Of a DNA stretch of 45,989 bases, positions 1 to 7,549 are shown in pieces (position 1 is the stretch's first letter; each line of letters begins with the position of its first letter). A program made the translations under genes and the position numbers. This DNA comes from a virus. Lineage: Duplodnaviria > Caudoviricetes. The stretch is taken from the IMG/VR virus record IMGVR_UViG_3300036805_000091, positions 1-45,989 of that record; one strand, 5' to 3'. The notes beneath the pieces were generated by a model, which searched no databases, was not told the DNA's origin, and was given only the letters and a program-made list of their open reading frames with translations.

Positions 1-127
1 GGCAAAGACGTCAGTGCCAGGCTGGCCGTCTGTCCATTCGAAAGCGCGGGTGCCGTTGGCCGCTTCCTGATTGAACTCACGATCGGTCAGCAGCGTCTGC
101 AGCACTGCGTCCGCGTGGTCAGTCGAC
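1..127. repeat. 127-bp terminal direct repeat, left copy (circular assembly overlap)
   Basis: 1-127 identical to 45863-45989; lies inside the terL reading frame. Confidence 0.95.
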
Positions 128-1518
128 CTACCGATACGAGCCCGGATGTCCGGCTTGGACTCCACCTGGATCTTGTTGCCGACCAGCCGCCACTTCGGTG
201 CGGACAGCTCCCCGATCAGCGCGTCGTCCGGCGGCAGCGCCAGTTCCGGGCCGAACGCCGGGTCCAGCATCTCGCGGGCCAGCCACCACATGGCTGCGCG
301 TTGATTGACGAAGCCCATCTCGCCGGAGCGGTCCCGGCGTGTCGAGGCGCGCGCGGCGTTGTAGGCCCGGACCTGCCGGAAGCCAGCCCGGCGCATCGAA
401 TCCACGACACCGGCTCCGACCCCGATCACGTCGACGACAGCGACGTCCCGCTGGTTACCCATGGCCCGGTAGGCAAGATCGATCACCTTTGTCGTGTCGG
501 CCACGTTGTACTCCGAGAGCGGCAGCACGTATGGGCCGAGGCGCTGCGCCAGCACAGTCAGGTCAGCGCCGCCGTGCGCCACGTCGATACCGTGCACTGG
601 CCGGTTGGCCGGTGCCGGGCGGCCCGCGTCGTCCCAGTCCTGCCACCGCTGCACAGCCAGCTCCACCCATCGCAGCGGGATAACCGAATCCTCATCGCTG
701 GAGTGAAACTGCCCCAGTACCCGGTTGGCATACAGCGCGCTGTCGGCACCCCATTGCAGCGCCCGCCGCTGCACCCACTCTGGGCTGACCCGGCCCGCGG
801 CGATGCACTCATCCACGGTGACATGGCGCGCCCACCAGTCCTGGTAGCCTGCCCGATCGGACTGGATCTCGTAGAACCGGCCGCTGGGGTCGCCCGGCGT
901 GCTGCACGCGAGCGCGAACGCCTCCGGCAAGCCACGGGGCCGGGCTGCGGAGAACGCACCCTCGGCAGCGTCGAAGACGGGCGCGGAGATGCTCTTGGCC
1001 TCATCGAAGATGTACAAGATCGAATCGGCGTGCGCACCCTCGATCTTCTGGTGGTCACTGGCGGCCGCGGCGAACGCCTGCCCGATGCGCAACGTCAGCT
1101 GAAGCATCAGCAGTTCGCGATTCGACGACAGCTGGCCCCGGCCGAGTTTGTCCCAGCGCAGGCGCCCGGCCCATTTGTGGATCTCTGGCCAGAGGTAGTG
1201 CGTCAGCTGGCGCCAGGCCCCGGCGGTGGTAACACACTTCCAGTCCACGTGAGCGGCGTCACGAGTCAAGGCAAACCACAGCACGGTCAAGGCCATGATG
1301 GTCGTCTTACCAAGACCGTGCGGACCCCGGACGGACACCCGGCGCCGCAGGGGCACCGCAGCCAGGATCTCGATCTGGTAGGGCGTGACCCCTTCGCCCC
1401 GTGACCAGTCAATACATTCCCGGCAGAAGGCTACTGGATCATCATAGAAAGAAGCCGCACCCGTCAATTCAAACGCGGATGCGGCAACCTCCCACGGAGA
1501 TCGTGCGCCGGTAGCCAT
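1..1518 (-). CDS. terL: Terminase large subunit, N-terminal 506 codons; continues across the junction to the stop at 45761 (about 539 aa total)
   Basis: Absent from the ORF track because it runs off the edge. Manual translation from ATG 1518 gives MATGARSPWE...RGPHGLGKTT (Walker A)...LYIFDEAK (Walker B)...STPGDPSGRFY...HGIDVAHGGADLT (RNase H-like nuclease)...GRSTDHADAV; lies directly upstream of the portal on the circle. Confidence 0.93.
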   Translation of the reverse strand, partial: MATGARSPWEVAASAFELTGAASFYDDPVAFCRECIDWSRGEGVTPYQIEILAAVPLRRRVSVRGPHGLGKTTIMALTVLWFALTRDAAHVDWKCVTTAGAWRQLTHYLWPEIHKWAGRLRWDKLGRGQLSSNRELLMLQLTLRIGQAFAAAASDHQKIEGAHADSILYIFDEAKSISAPVFDAAEGAFSAARPRGLPEAFALACSTPGDPSGRFYEIQSDRAGYQDWWARHVTVDECIAAGRVSPEWVQRRALQWGADSALYANRVLGQFHSSDEDSVIPLRWVELAVQRWQDWDDAGRPAPANRPVHGIDVAHGGADLTVLAQRLGPYVLPLSEYNVADTTKVIDLAYRAMGNQRDVAVVDVIGVGAGVVDSMRRAGFRQVRAYNAARASTRRDRSGEMGFVNQRAAMWWLAREMLDPAFGPELALPPDDALIGELSAPKWRLVGNKIQVESKPDIRARIGRSTDHADAVLQTLLTDREFNQEAANGTRAFEWTDGQPGTDVFA

Positions 1519-1576
1519 GCCGGTCAGCTTACCGTGCGCTCCGAGCGATCTCGTTGAGCTAACCACGCGGGTAAGA

Positions 1577-1753
1577 TCAGTGGTAGCGCGGGGCCGTGTA
1601 AGGGGCTACTAATCTGGCAAGTATCTCTATAGGGATCTCAGGTGTTTGGTCCACATGGGCCAGCGTGCGGTCCGCGTCCCGGTACTTACGGACCGGTGCG
1701 TCTCCGGTGAGCCAGAACCACCATCTGGCCGGATCCTCTCCGTTGGTCAGCAC
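1577..1753 (-). CDS. Small hypothetical protein (58 aa, MLTNGEDPARWWFWLTG...)
   Basis: Manual translation; GTG start overlaps the SGNH gene stop and fills the gap. Confidence 0.5.
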   Translation of the reverse strand: MLTNGEDPARWWFWLTGDAPVRKYRDADRTLAHVDQTPEIPIEILARLVAPYTAPRYH

Positions 1754-2502
1754 AGCGCGACCATCCTTCCGAGTACGTAGGCGGACAGCACGCGCTGCCC
1801 GGCGATGGTCAGGTGGGTGTCGTCCGACAGGTACAGCCAGGAGGCGCTGGTGAAGCCCGAGCCGGTCCCCTCGGCCTGGACGACCTGGTTGGACATGATG
1901 AGCCCGGCACCGGTCGCCACGGCCGCATTGGTGGCCGCGCCGACGTACTGCGCCCAGGTATAGGCGGGAGTGCCCTTGGGCTTGTTGGGGTCATTGGTCA
2001 GGTCGTACTGGCTGATGAACACGATGGCCGCGTTGGGGCTGCCAGCCCGGATCGTGCTGTAGATCGATTCAAGGTTGGCCGTGTAGGTGGCGGGAGTAAC
2101 CGACAGGAACCAGTCATTGGTGCCGAGGAAGACAAAATCGGCGTTGTTGCCGTCAGCCGCGATCTGCTGCGTCTTGGCTGCCAGCGAACCACCGGAGATG
2201 TAGTTGGCGGTGCTGGTCCCGGCGATCGAGACATTATCCACGGTGGCACCGAAGATGGCCGCGAACTGGTTAGCCCAGATGTTGGGGTCGTTCACGTTGT
2301 CCGAGGCAGTGCCTTGCAGCTCCCAGCCCGAAGAAATGCTGTCGCCGATCACCCCGACCGAGGTCTTGGATTGGCACCAGCCCTGACCGTTGCCCGCAGC
2401 GGGTCTGGCGGCAGCGGTCGCGCTGCTGTGGGCCAGCACCTGCATTCCGGTGGCCAGTAGCAGTCCGGACAGGGCCAGGGTGGCAGCGGTACGTAGTCTC
2501 AT
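1747..2502 (-). CDS. Secreted SGNH/GDSL hydrolase (esterase/deacetylase)
   Basis: N-terminal Sec-type signal peptide; blocks GVIGDSIS, NVSIAGT, LGTND, DDTH. Confidence 0.88.
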   Translation of the reverse strand: MRLRTAATLALSGLLLATGMQVLAHSSATAAARPAAGNGQGWCQSKTSVGVIGDSISSGWELQGTASDNVNDPNIWANQFAAIFGATVDNVSIAGTSTANYISGGSLAAKTQQIAADGNNADFVFLGTNDWFLSVTPATYTANLESIYSTIRAGSPNAAIVFISQYDLTNDPNKPKGTPAYTWAQYVGAATNAAVATGAGLIMSNQVVQAEGTGSGFTSASWLYLSDDTHLTIAGQRVLSAYVLGRMVALC

Positions 2503-2538
2503 GTCTTCTCCGTGTCTTCTGAAACCAGCAGGATCACG

Positions 2539-2781
2539 TCAGGGCCGCCAACGACAACCCGGCCAGCCCCTTTCCATGTCCTCGACCTGATAAGCCAGAT
2601 CGGTCAGGCCCTGCCGGACCTGATGTTCGTCGTCGACAGCTCCGAAAGCCCAGTCCCACGTGTCGGCGTCACATACCAGCGCCCGCAGCACGGCTGCAAC
2701 CGCCCGGCGTACATCTTCCCGTGGTACAGCAAGCTTCAGCTCGGCCGCGTCTACCAGTTTCTTGGCTAGGTCATCAGGCAT
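2539..2781 (-). CDS. Hypothetical protein (MPDDLAKK...)
   Basis: Internal ATG overlaps the upstream stop (TGATG). Confidence 0.6.
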   Translation of the reverse strand: MPDDLAKKLVDAAELKLAVPREDVRRAVAAVLRALVCDADTWDWAFGAVDDEHQVRQGLTDLAYQVEDMERGWPGCRWRP

Positions 2782-3032
2782 CAGGTCACCGGTCCTGTCA
2801 GGGCAGCGGCGGTCTCTGGCCAGACCGTGTGCCCGTCGGCGTCCATGACCGTGGTCACTTCCCGGTCGTCGCCTCCGTCTCGGCTCCATTTCTGACCCCA
2901 CCCGGAGCACACCGCACAGATCGGACCGGGCGCCTCGTCGTGCGCCTGGTCGATCGCGGCGTCGTAGTCGTTGGCCTCGACATGGACGGCCACGTCGTGG
3001 ACCTCTCGCATATAGACCGTGAATTCAGGCAT
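2781..3032 (-). CDS. Hypothetical protein, CxxC, acidic
   Basis: 83 aa, protein-like composition, in a co-oriented gene string. Confidence 0.65.
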   Translation of the reverse strand: MPEFTVYMREVHDVAVHVEANDYDAAIDQAHDEAPGPICAVCSGWGQKWSRDGGDDREVTTVMDADGHTVWPETAAALTGPVT

Positions 3033-3112
3033 CGTCGGTCCCTTCGGTGAGAGCGCCGAGAGCAGTCAGCACCTCGCGCAGGTCGGTTTTCAGGATCGTG
3101 ACCGCATCCGAG

Positions 3113-3322
3113 TCAGGGAGCCGGTTCAGCTTCCCGGTCCGGGGCCTCGCTGTTGACCCACTCCAGGTCCTCGAACATGAACCAGAGTTCGTTACCGACG
3201 TCATCGCGGACCAGGGCTTCGCGATGCTCTGAGAAGCCGAGCCGGATGATGATGGCTTCGTGCATGTCATCCTCACCCGCGTAGAGCACGCGGTCACCGA
3301 CGGCTGGTTCCTTCTCGCTCAT
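3113..3322 (-). CDS. Hypothetical protein (SH3/KOW-like, VGDRVLY)
   Basis: 69 aa; start coupled to the upstream stop. Confidence 0.55.
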   Translation of the reverse strand: MSEKEPAVGDRVLYAGEDDMHEAIIIRLGFSEHREALVRDDVGNELWFMFEDLEWVNSEAPDREAEPAP

Positions 3323-3879
3323 CAGGTCACTCGGTCCTCTCGGTTGTCACACGGACAGGCTGGCCCGCAGCCCCCTGTTCGTACGTGGTTAAGGCCTTGC
3401 GGGGTCACGTAGCCGTTCCAGCGGCCGTCATTGAACAGCTGCACGCCTGCCTGCTGATAGCACCAGTCGACCAGCTGCGAGCAGATCTGATGGCCAGACG
3501 CCTGGACGTAGGAGCGCAGGCCAGGCAGCGGCAGGTGCAGCCGGTGTGCGGCAATCGCGAAGTAATCGGCGGCCGAGTAAGGACGGCCAATGGCGCCGTA
3601 GGCAGCAGCCACGATCTTCTGTCGCTGGTCGTCGGTCAGGTCCCACGAGCTGTAGACCACATCGGCGTACTTGCTATCTGCCACCCACCGGGCACCGCCC
3701 GGCTCGGCCTCGACGATTTGCACGGTGTCGGGTGGGCAGCTGACCACGATGAAAGCGTGGCTCCAAGTGCTGAACCCATCGCCATTCAGGGTCTCTCCCA
3801 GGTCGATCAGCTTACCGGCCGCACCAGGGATCTTGGTCAGGCCGAAGTCGCCCGGCTGTGGCTGTCGGTTAGTAGTCAT
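3322..3879 (-). CDS. Permuted papain-like NlpC/P60 (YiiX/YaeF-type) protein
   Basis: His motif WSHAFIVV precedes EAEPGG, GRPYS and the Cys motif ICSQLVDWCYQQAG, then YVTP. Confidence 0.8.
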   Translation of the reverse strand: MTTNRQPQPGDFGLTKIPGAAGKLIDLGETLNGDGFSTWSHAFIVVSCPPDTVQIVEAEPGGARWVADSKYADVVYSSWDLTDDQRQKIVAAAYGAIGRPYSAADYFAIAAHRLHLPLPGLRSYVQASGHQICSQLVDWCYQQAGVQLFNDGRWNGYVTPQGLNHVRTGGCGPACPCDNREDRVT

Positions 3880-4214
3880 TCGGGTGCCCCTGATCCCCAG
3901 GCCCCGTAGTAATCGTCGGGTAGGCAGCCTTCAAGGGGCGCCTCCCGGATCAGGTCCTCCAGAATTCCCGGAAAGTCGAATGACCGTGTGTACGCCGTCT
4001 GCTCATCGGTGTGCGGGCAGCTGATACGGAATTCAGCCGTCACCATCTCGCACGTACCCTCGCCGCACGTACCGGGCCCCAGATCCTCACTGGACACTAC
4101 GACATCCGGGCAGTACAGCACATGGCCCAGTTCCTTGCTCGCACGCCCAGCGGTATCGTGCAGGTGCGCCAGCACCCAATCATGGACCATTCGGTCAGCG
4201 GTTTCTCTACTCAT
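3876..4214 (-). CDS. Hypothetical protein (Cys-containing)
   Basis: 112 aa; ATGA overlap with the next gene. Confidence 0.6.
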   Translation of the reverse strand: MSRETADRMVHDWVLAHLHDTAGRASKELGHVLYCPDVVVSSEDLGPGTCGEGTCEMVTAEFRISCPHTDEQTAYTRSFDFPGILEDLIREAPLEGCLPDDYYGAWGSGAPE

Positions 4215-4241
4215 GTCGGTTGTCAGCTGTCCTCTCGGATT

Positions 4242-4544
4242 TCAGTGTCCGGCGTTCAGGTCGGCACAGGCGGCCAGGTCGTTGTGCAGGCACGCTACGG
4301 TGTCTTGGTTGTGCCTGGCCTGGTCGACGGCGGTCCGGCTGGACGCCAGGCCGACCCCGATCCCGGCCGCGATACCGAGCAGGATGGTGCCGACCACCAG
4401 GCCCATGATCCAGGAGCGCCGGTTGTGCCGCCGGACCGCCTCGGCCTGGTAGGTGTAGTGCTGGTCAGCCAGGTACTGGTAGGTAGCCGGGTCGAAGCCC
4501 GACATGCTGTGCTCGTAGGGGGCCTGGTACGGTCGCTCGGTCAT
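4242..4544 (-). CDS. Single-TM membrane protein
   Basis: Hydrophobic WIMGLVVGTILLGIAAGIGVGLA; start 6 nt after a -10 box. Confidence 0.7.
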   Translation of the reverse strand: MTERPYQAPYEHSMSGFDPATYQYLADQHYTYQAEAVRRHNRRSWIMGLVVGTILLGIAAGIGVGLASSRTAVDQARHNQDTVACLHNDLAACADLNAGH

Positions 4545-4552
4545 GCCCGTAG

Positions 4553-4569
4553 CTTACCACGATGGTAAG
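4553..4569. promoter_or_regulatory. Palindromic operator CTTACCA-CGA-TGGTAAG overlapping a leftward extended -10 (TGGTAAGCT)
   Basis: Perfect 7-3-7 inverted repeat; same motif at 5295, 19750 and 37744. Confidence 0.75.
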
Positions 4570-5055
4570 TCATGGCGCAAGGCGCTTCTCCCGCCATCTG
4601 CGGTAGGCGGTGTACAGCCGCCAGGCGGTACTCATCTGACGGCTGCCTCCGGGGGCTCATTGGGGCTGGGATAGAAGCGCACCCCTGCCTCATCGGAACG
4701 GTCTACGATGCGATAGTCCCGGTAGCCGAGCATCCACGACCAGAGCGCGCGGGGCCTCAGTGCCTTGAGACTGGGGTAGCGCTCGTATTTGTCGGTAGTG
4801 TTCATTTCCTCATCCCATCATCAGGTGCAGGGCAATCACGGCGGTAACCGCGATCCGGGACACGAGCCGGACCAAACTCAACCGGCCGTGATAGTCGGCG
4901 GTCCGGTGGCGCCCGGCATAGCGGTAGTTGCGGACGTTGTAGCGCTCCATCATCGGCCTTTCCTCAGGCCGGCAACCCGCCCGGCCCGTCGTCCAGCGGG
5001 TCCTTGCGCCTCTTCGGCCTGCCCGGAGGCCCGGATGCCTGCCATCGTGCGCCGC

Positions 5056-5286
5056 TCATTGTCGTCCTTCCACTGGCTGGTAGTGCAGGCCCGCGGCGGC
5101 CAGTAAGGCCGTCAGCGACCCGCTGAGGATGGCTGCGGTGAACAGGCTGCTGAGGGTGGCTGGATCCACGGACGGGTCTGCCGACACCCGCACGAGCAGC
5201 AGCAGCGAGGCAGTCAGCCACACCGTGGCGATGAGGGCAAGAGCGTAGCGGGCTGCCGTCTGTATCGAGGTCATTCGCTGTTCCAC
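5056..5286 (-). CDS. Two-TM membrane protein
   Basis: Two hydrophobic helices; GTG 6 nt after a -10 box. Confidence 0.65.
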   Translation of the reverse strand: MEQRMTSIQTAARYALALIATVWLTASLLLLVRVSADPSVDPATLSSLFTAAILSGSLTALLAAAGLHYQPVEGRQ

Positions 5287-5294
5287 GCCAGTAC

Positions 5295-5311
5295 CTTACC
5301 ATGTTGGTAAT
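5295..5311. promoter_or_regulatory. Palindromic operator CTTACCA-TGT-TGGTAAT overlapping a leftward extended -10 (TGGTAAGGT)
   Basis: 13/14 match to the consensus; intergenic. Confidence 0.7.
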
Positions 5312-5340
5312 CAGATATCCGTCACGGTACGGTAACGCCG

Positions 5341-5559
5341 CTACCGGATCACCGTTGGCCAGCCCTCGTCGACCGAGACCGGCTCCGCGATGCCTGCCAG
5401 CTCGACCTGAGCCGTCCCAGCACCGCCCGTCCCCAGCACCCACGCCAGGGCCGCCCGATGGCTGCTGAAGGCCCGCATCACCCGGATCGGGGAGAAGCCG
5501 ACCAAACTCCGGGTAGCCAGCCACCGGCCGCCTGCCTTGCGCACACTCGGCTTGTCCAC
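5341..5559 (-). CDS. Hypothetical protein
   Basis: 72 aa in a co-oriented string. Confidence 0.5.
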   Translation of the reverse strand: MDKPSVRKAGGRWLATRSLVGFSPIRVMRAFSSHRAALAWVLGTGGAGTAQVELAGIAEPVSVDEGWPTVIR

Positions 5560-5565
5560 GCGCCC

Positions 5566-5781
5566 TCATCTCTTCTGGTAGCCACGGACACGCCCGGCCG
5601 TCGCCAGCGCGGCCAGGTGCTGGTCGAACATGCCGCGGCCGAGGGTAGCGACGTCGGTCACCAGCTCCGGGCTGGCGTCCTGCCGTGGCCACAGCGCCAG
5701 CATGTCCAGCAGGCTGCGCAGCTCATCGGCGTTCTCTGCCGCGGTGGCTACCGCCCGTCTGGCAGCCTCTCTGGCCGTCAC
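5566..5781 (-). CDS. Hypothetical protein
   Basis: 71 aa; GTGA overlap with the upstream gene. Confidence 0.6.
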   Translation of the reverse strand: MTAREAARRAVATAAENADELRSLLDMLALWPRQDASPELVTDVATLGRGMFDQHLAALATAGRVRGYQKR

Positions 5782-6011
5782 CGGAAGGGGTTGGACTCGG
5801 CTGGGGCCTCCTGCTCGGCCAGCATGTCCAGGCCGTTGTCGAGCAAGCGGTGGATGATCTCGCTGACCGACAGGCCGTACCGGTCTGCCGCGTGGCCCAG
5901 CCGGGCGTGCAGCGATGGCCGGAGCCGCAGCAGGACGGCCTTGTCCTTGGCCTCCAGCGTCGGTGTCACGGCCAGCATGGAAGGCGCCAGCGGCCTACTG
6001 AACTTGGTCAT
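5778..6011 (-). CDS. Ribbon-helix-helix (Arc/CopG-like) DNA-binding protein
   Basis: AVLLRLRPSLHARLGHAADRYGLSVSEIIHRLLDNGL fits the RHH pattern. Confidence 0.75.
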   Translation of the reverse strand: MTKFSRPLAPSMLAVTPTLEAKDKAVLLRLRPSLHARLGHAADRYGLSVSEIIHRLLDNGLDMLAEQEAPAESNPFR

Positions 6012-6048
6012 ATCGATATCATGACACTATCGATGCTGACCTGCAACT

Positions 6049-6360
6049 TTAGACGAACGGGTTGCCTGGCCGGTGCCCGAACGCCTTGATCTTCTGCTCT
6101 TCGGTCATCTCCGGCCCGCGCCACATGCCGTCCCGGAAGACGACCACATGAGCACCGATCGATACCGGATCGATGCACGAACCGTGCGCGCCCCGCATCG
6201 ACCGGTGCCTGTCGAACAAGGCCGTGGCGCTGAATGTCCGATGGCAGGCCGAGCAGTGCGCCGCACCCGCTGCCGCCCAGGACGTGTCGCAGCCGCCACA
6301 CGTTTTCCGGTACGGCCCGGATAGGCTGCGCCTAACAACATCAACTTTGTCAGATGACAT
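6049..6360 (-). CDS. Phage FDXHR-type zinc-binding protein
   Basis: CGGC...HCSACHRTF...FDRHR...C. Confidence 0.75.
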   Translation of the reverse strand: MSSDKVDVVRRSLSGPYRKTCGGCDTSWAAAGAAHCSACHRTFSATALFDRHRSMRGAHGSCIDPVSIGAHVVVFRDGMWRGPEMTEEQKIKAFGHRPGNPFV

Positions 6361-7030
6361 CTTGTGCCTCCGGAGCTAGTTCGTCGCTTGGCGGCAGCAG
6401 CCGACTGAAGGAATCGGCATCCTGGTCCTGGCGCACTGAGATAGCTCGCAGGACACCGGGCACGATCGTGGGCACCAGGTGCTGCTGCTCGTAGGTCAGG
6501 TCGAGCTGGTCCAGGATCTGGCTGATGGCACCGGCCAGCAGGGCGCCCTGGTCCTCAGCGAGCTTGACGTGGCGCTCCGCGATGCCGGCGTCGATGGCCG
6601 CCTTGGCCACCACGACCAGGTGCTTGCGCTCGGTCTGGTAGGTCAGCAGCCACGACGCCTGCCACTCCGGCATGTAGCCATCCGCGTTCATCGTCCAGGC
6701 CGCGATGCGGGTGGACAGCCACTGGACGTGGCCTGCCGTGCGGCTCACTTCGTCGAGGATGGCCGCGATGGGGTCGACGGCCACCGGACTGCCGCTGAAC
6801 GATTCGATCTCGCGTACGGCCCGTCTGGCGGCCGCCTTGGCCTTGCCCCGGTCCGAGTCGCCACCATGCTGGGCGCAGGTGCCGAAGCCGACGTGTGCGG
6901 TGCCGTGGCCTGCTGGCATCGGGCAGGGCAGCCGATCGCCACGGCGGTAGCCGCAGGTCGGCAGCGCCTGCGGAGCGGCACCCTCGGATGGCTCGGTCTC
7001 CGAGTCGTCGAGGAACGGGTTATGCGCCAT
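6350..7030 (-). CDS. Probable terminase small subunit (C...HGG Zn-motif type)
   Basis: CPMPAGHGTAHVGFGTCAQHGG followed by helical region and AAIDAGIAERHVKLAE, typical of actinophage terS-like proteins. Confidence 0.6.
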   Translation of the reverse strand: MAHNPFLDDSETEPSEGAAPQALPTCGYRRGDRLPCPMPAGHGTAHVGFGTCAQHGGDSDRGKAKAAARRAVREIESFSGSPVAVDPIAAILDEVSRTAGHVQWLSTRIAAWTMNADGYMPEWQASWLLTYQTERKHLVVVAKAAIDAGIAERHVKLAEDQGALLAGAISQILDQLDLTYEQQHLVPTIVPGVLRAISVRQDQDADSFSRLLPPSDELAPEAQDVI

Positions 7031-7205
7031 CGGTGGCCTCCTCAGCAGGCGCTGGTGACGGGCTGAGCCTGGCCACCAGCTCGTCGTAGGTCGGCGGGTC
7101 GCGGGTCAAGGCCGGGTCGCCCAGCTCTCCGACCAGCAGTGCGTAGATCAGGTCGGCGTCCGGGTCGGGCAGAACGCCATGCTGCCGAGCCACAGTCTTG
7201 GGCAT
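7020..7205 (-). CDS. Hypothetical protein
   Basis: 61 aa, overlaps the terS-like start. Confidence 0.5.
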   Translation of the reverse strand: MPKTVARQHGVLPDPDADLIYALLVGELGDPALTRDPPTYDELVARLSPSPAPAEEATDGA

Positions 7206-7250
7206 CGAATCTCACGCTCCGTAGTTTAGTTGCTTTGACTCACTAACGTC

Positions 7251-7523
7251 GGGGACACGGGGACACGGGGACAAAATGTCCCCGTCGCTCGAGCTCACCT
7301 GATATCACGATATACAAATATCGGACATTATCTCTCTTTTCGGGCGTCTGTAAATTTCTCTTTACTTGACACCCGAAAGAACGTTCTCGCACGTTAAACA
7401 CAATATTATATATATAATTTATTTACTTTCATAGATATAGGGTGAGCGTGTGACCGGGGACACCATGTCCCCATGTCCCCGATGTCCCCGACTGATATGC
7501 AGCAATGTCCCGGCTGGGACACC
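7251..7523. other. Putative replication origin: GGGGACA(C) iterons flanking an AT-rich core
   Basis: Iterons at 7251, 7259, 7267 (+), 7277 (-); 7456 (+), 7466, 7474, 7483 (-); AT-rich 7302-7440 with palindrome ATTATATATATAAT 7405-7418; directly downstream of the primase-helicase. Confidence 0.8.
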
Positions 7524-7549
7524 ACGCACCGTGTCTGACCTGGCGATGC

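Noticed and set aside
1-127. Terminal repeat as a physical DTR or att site
   Set aside because: Falls mid-terL, and 127 bp matches a common assembler k-mer; best read as circular overlap
115-1404. 429-aa plus-strand ORF
   Set aside because: Antisense shadow of terL, whose motifs are clear on the minus strand; long shadow ORFs are expected at high GC
3025-3297. Alternative 90-aa ORF or possible frameshift extension of 3113-3322
   Set aside because: The last 30 or so codons look protein-like, but I see no start signal or slippery site; unresolved, not supportable
7251-7490. Short repeats as a CRISPR array; ORFs 7419-7610 and 7429-7626
   Set aside because: 7-8 bp units without spacers; the ORFs merely cross the iterons
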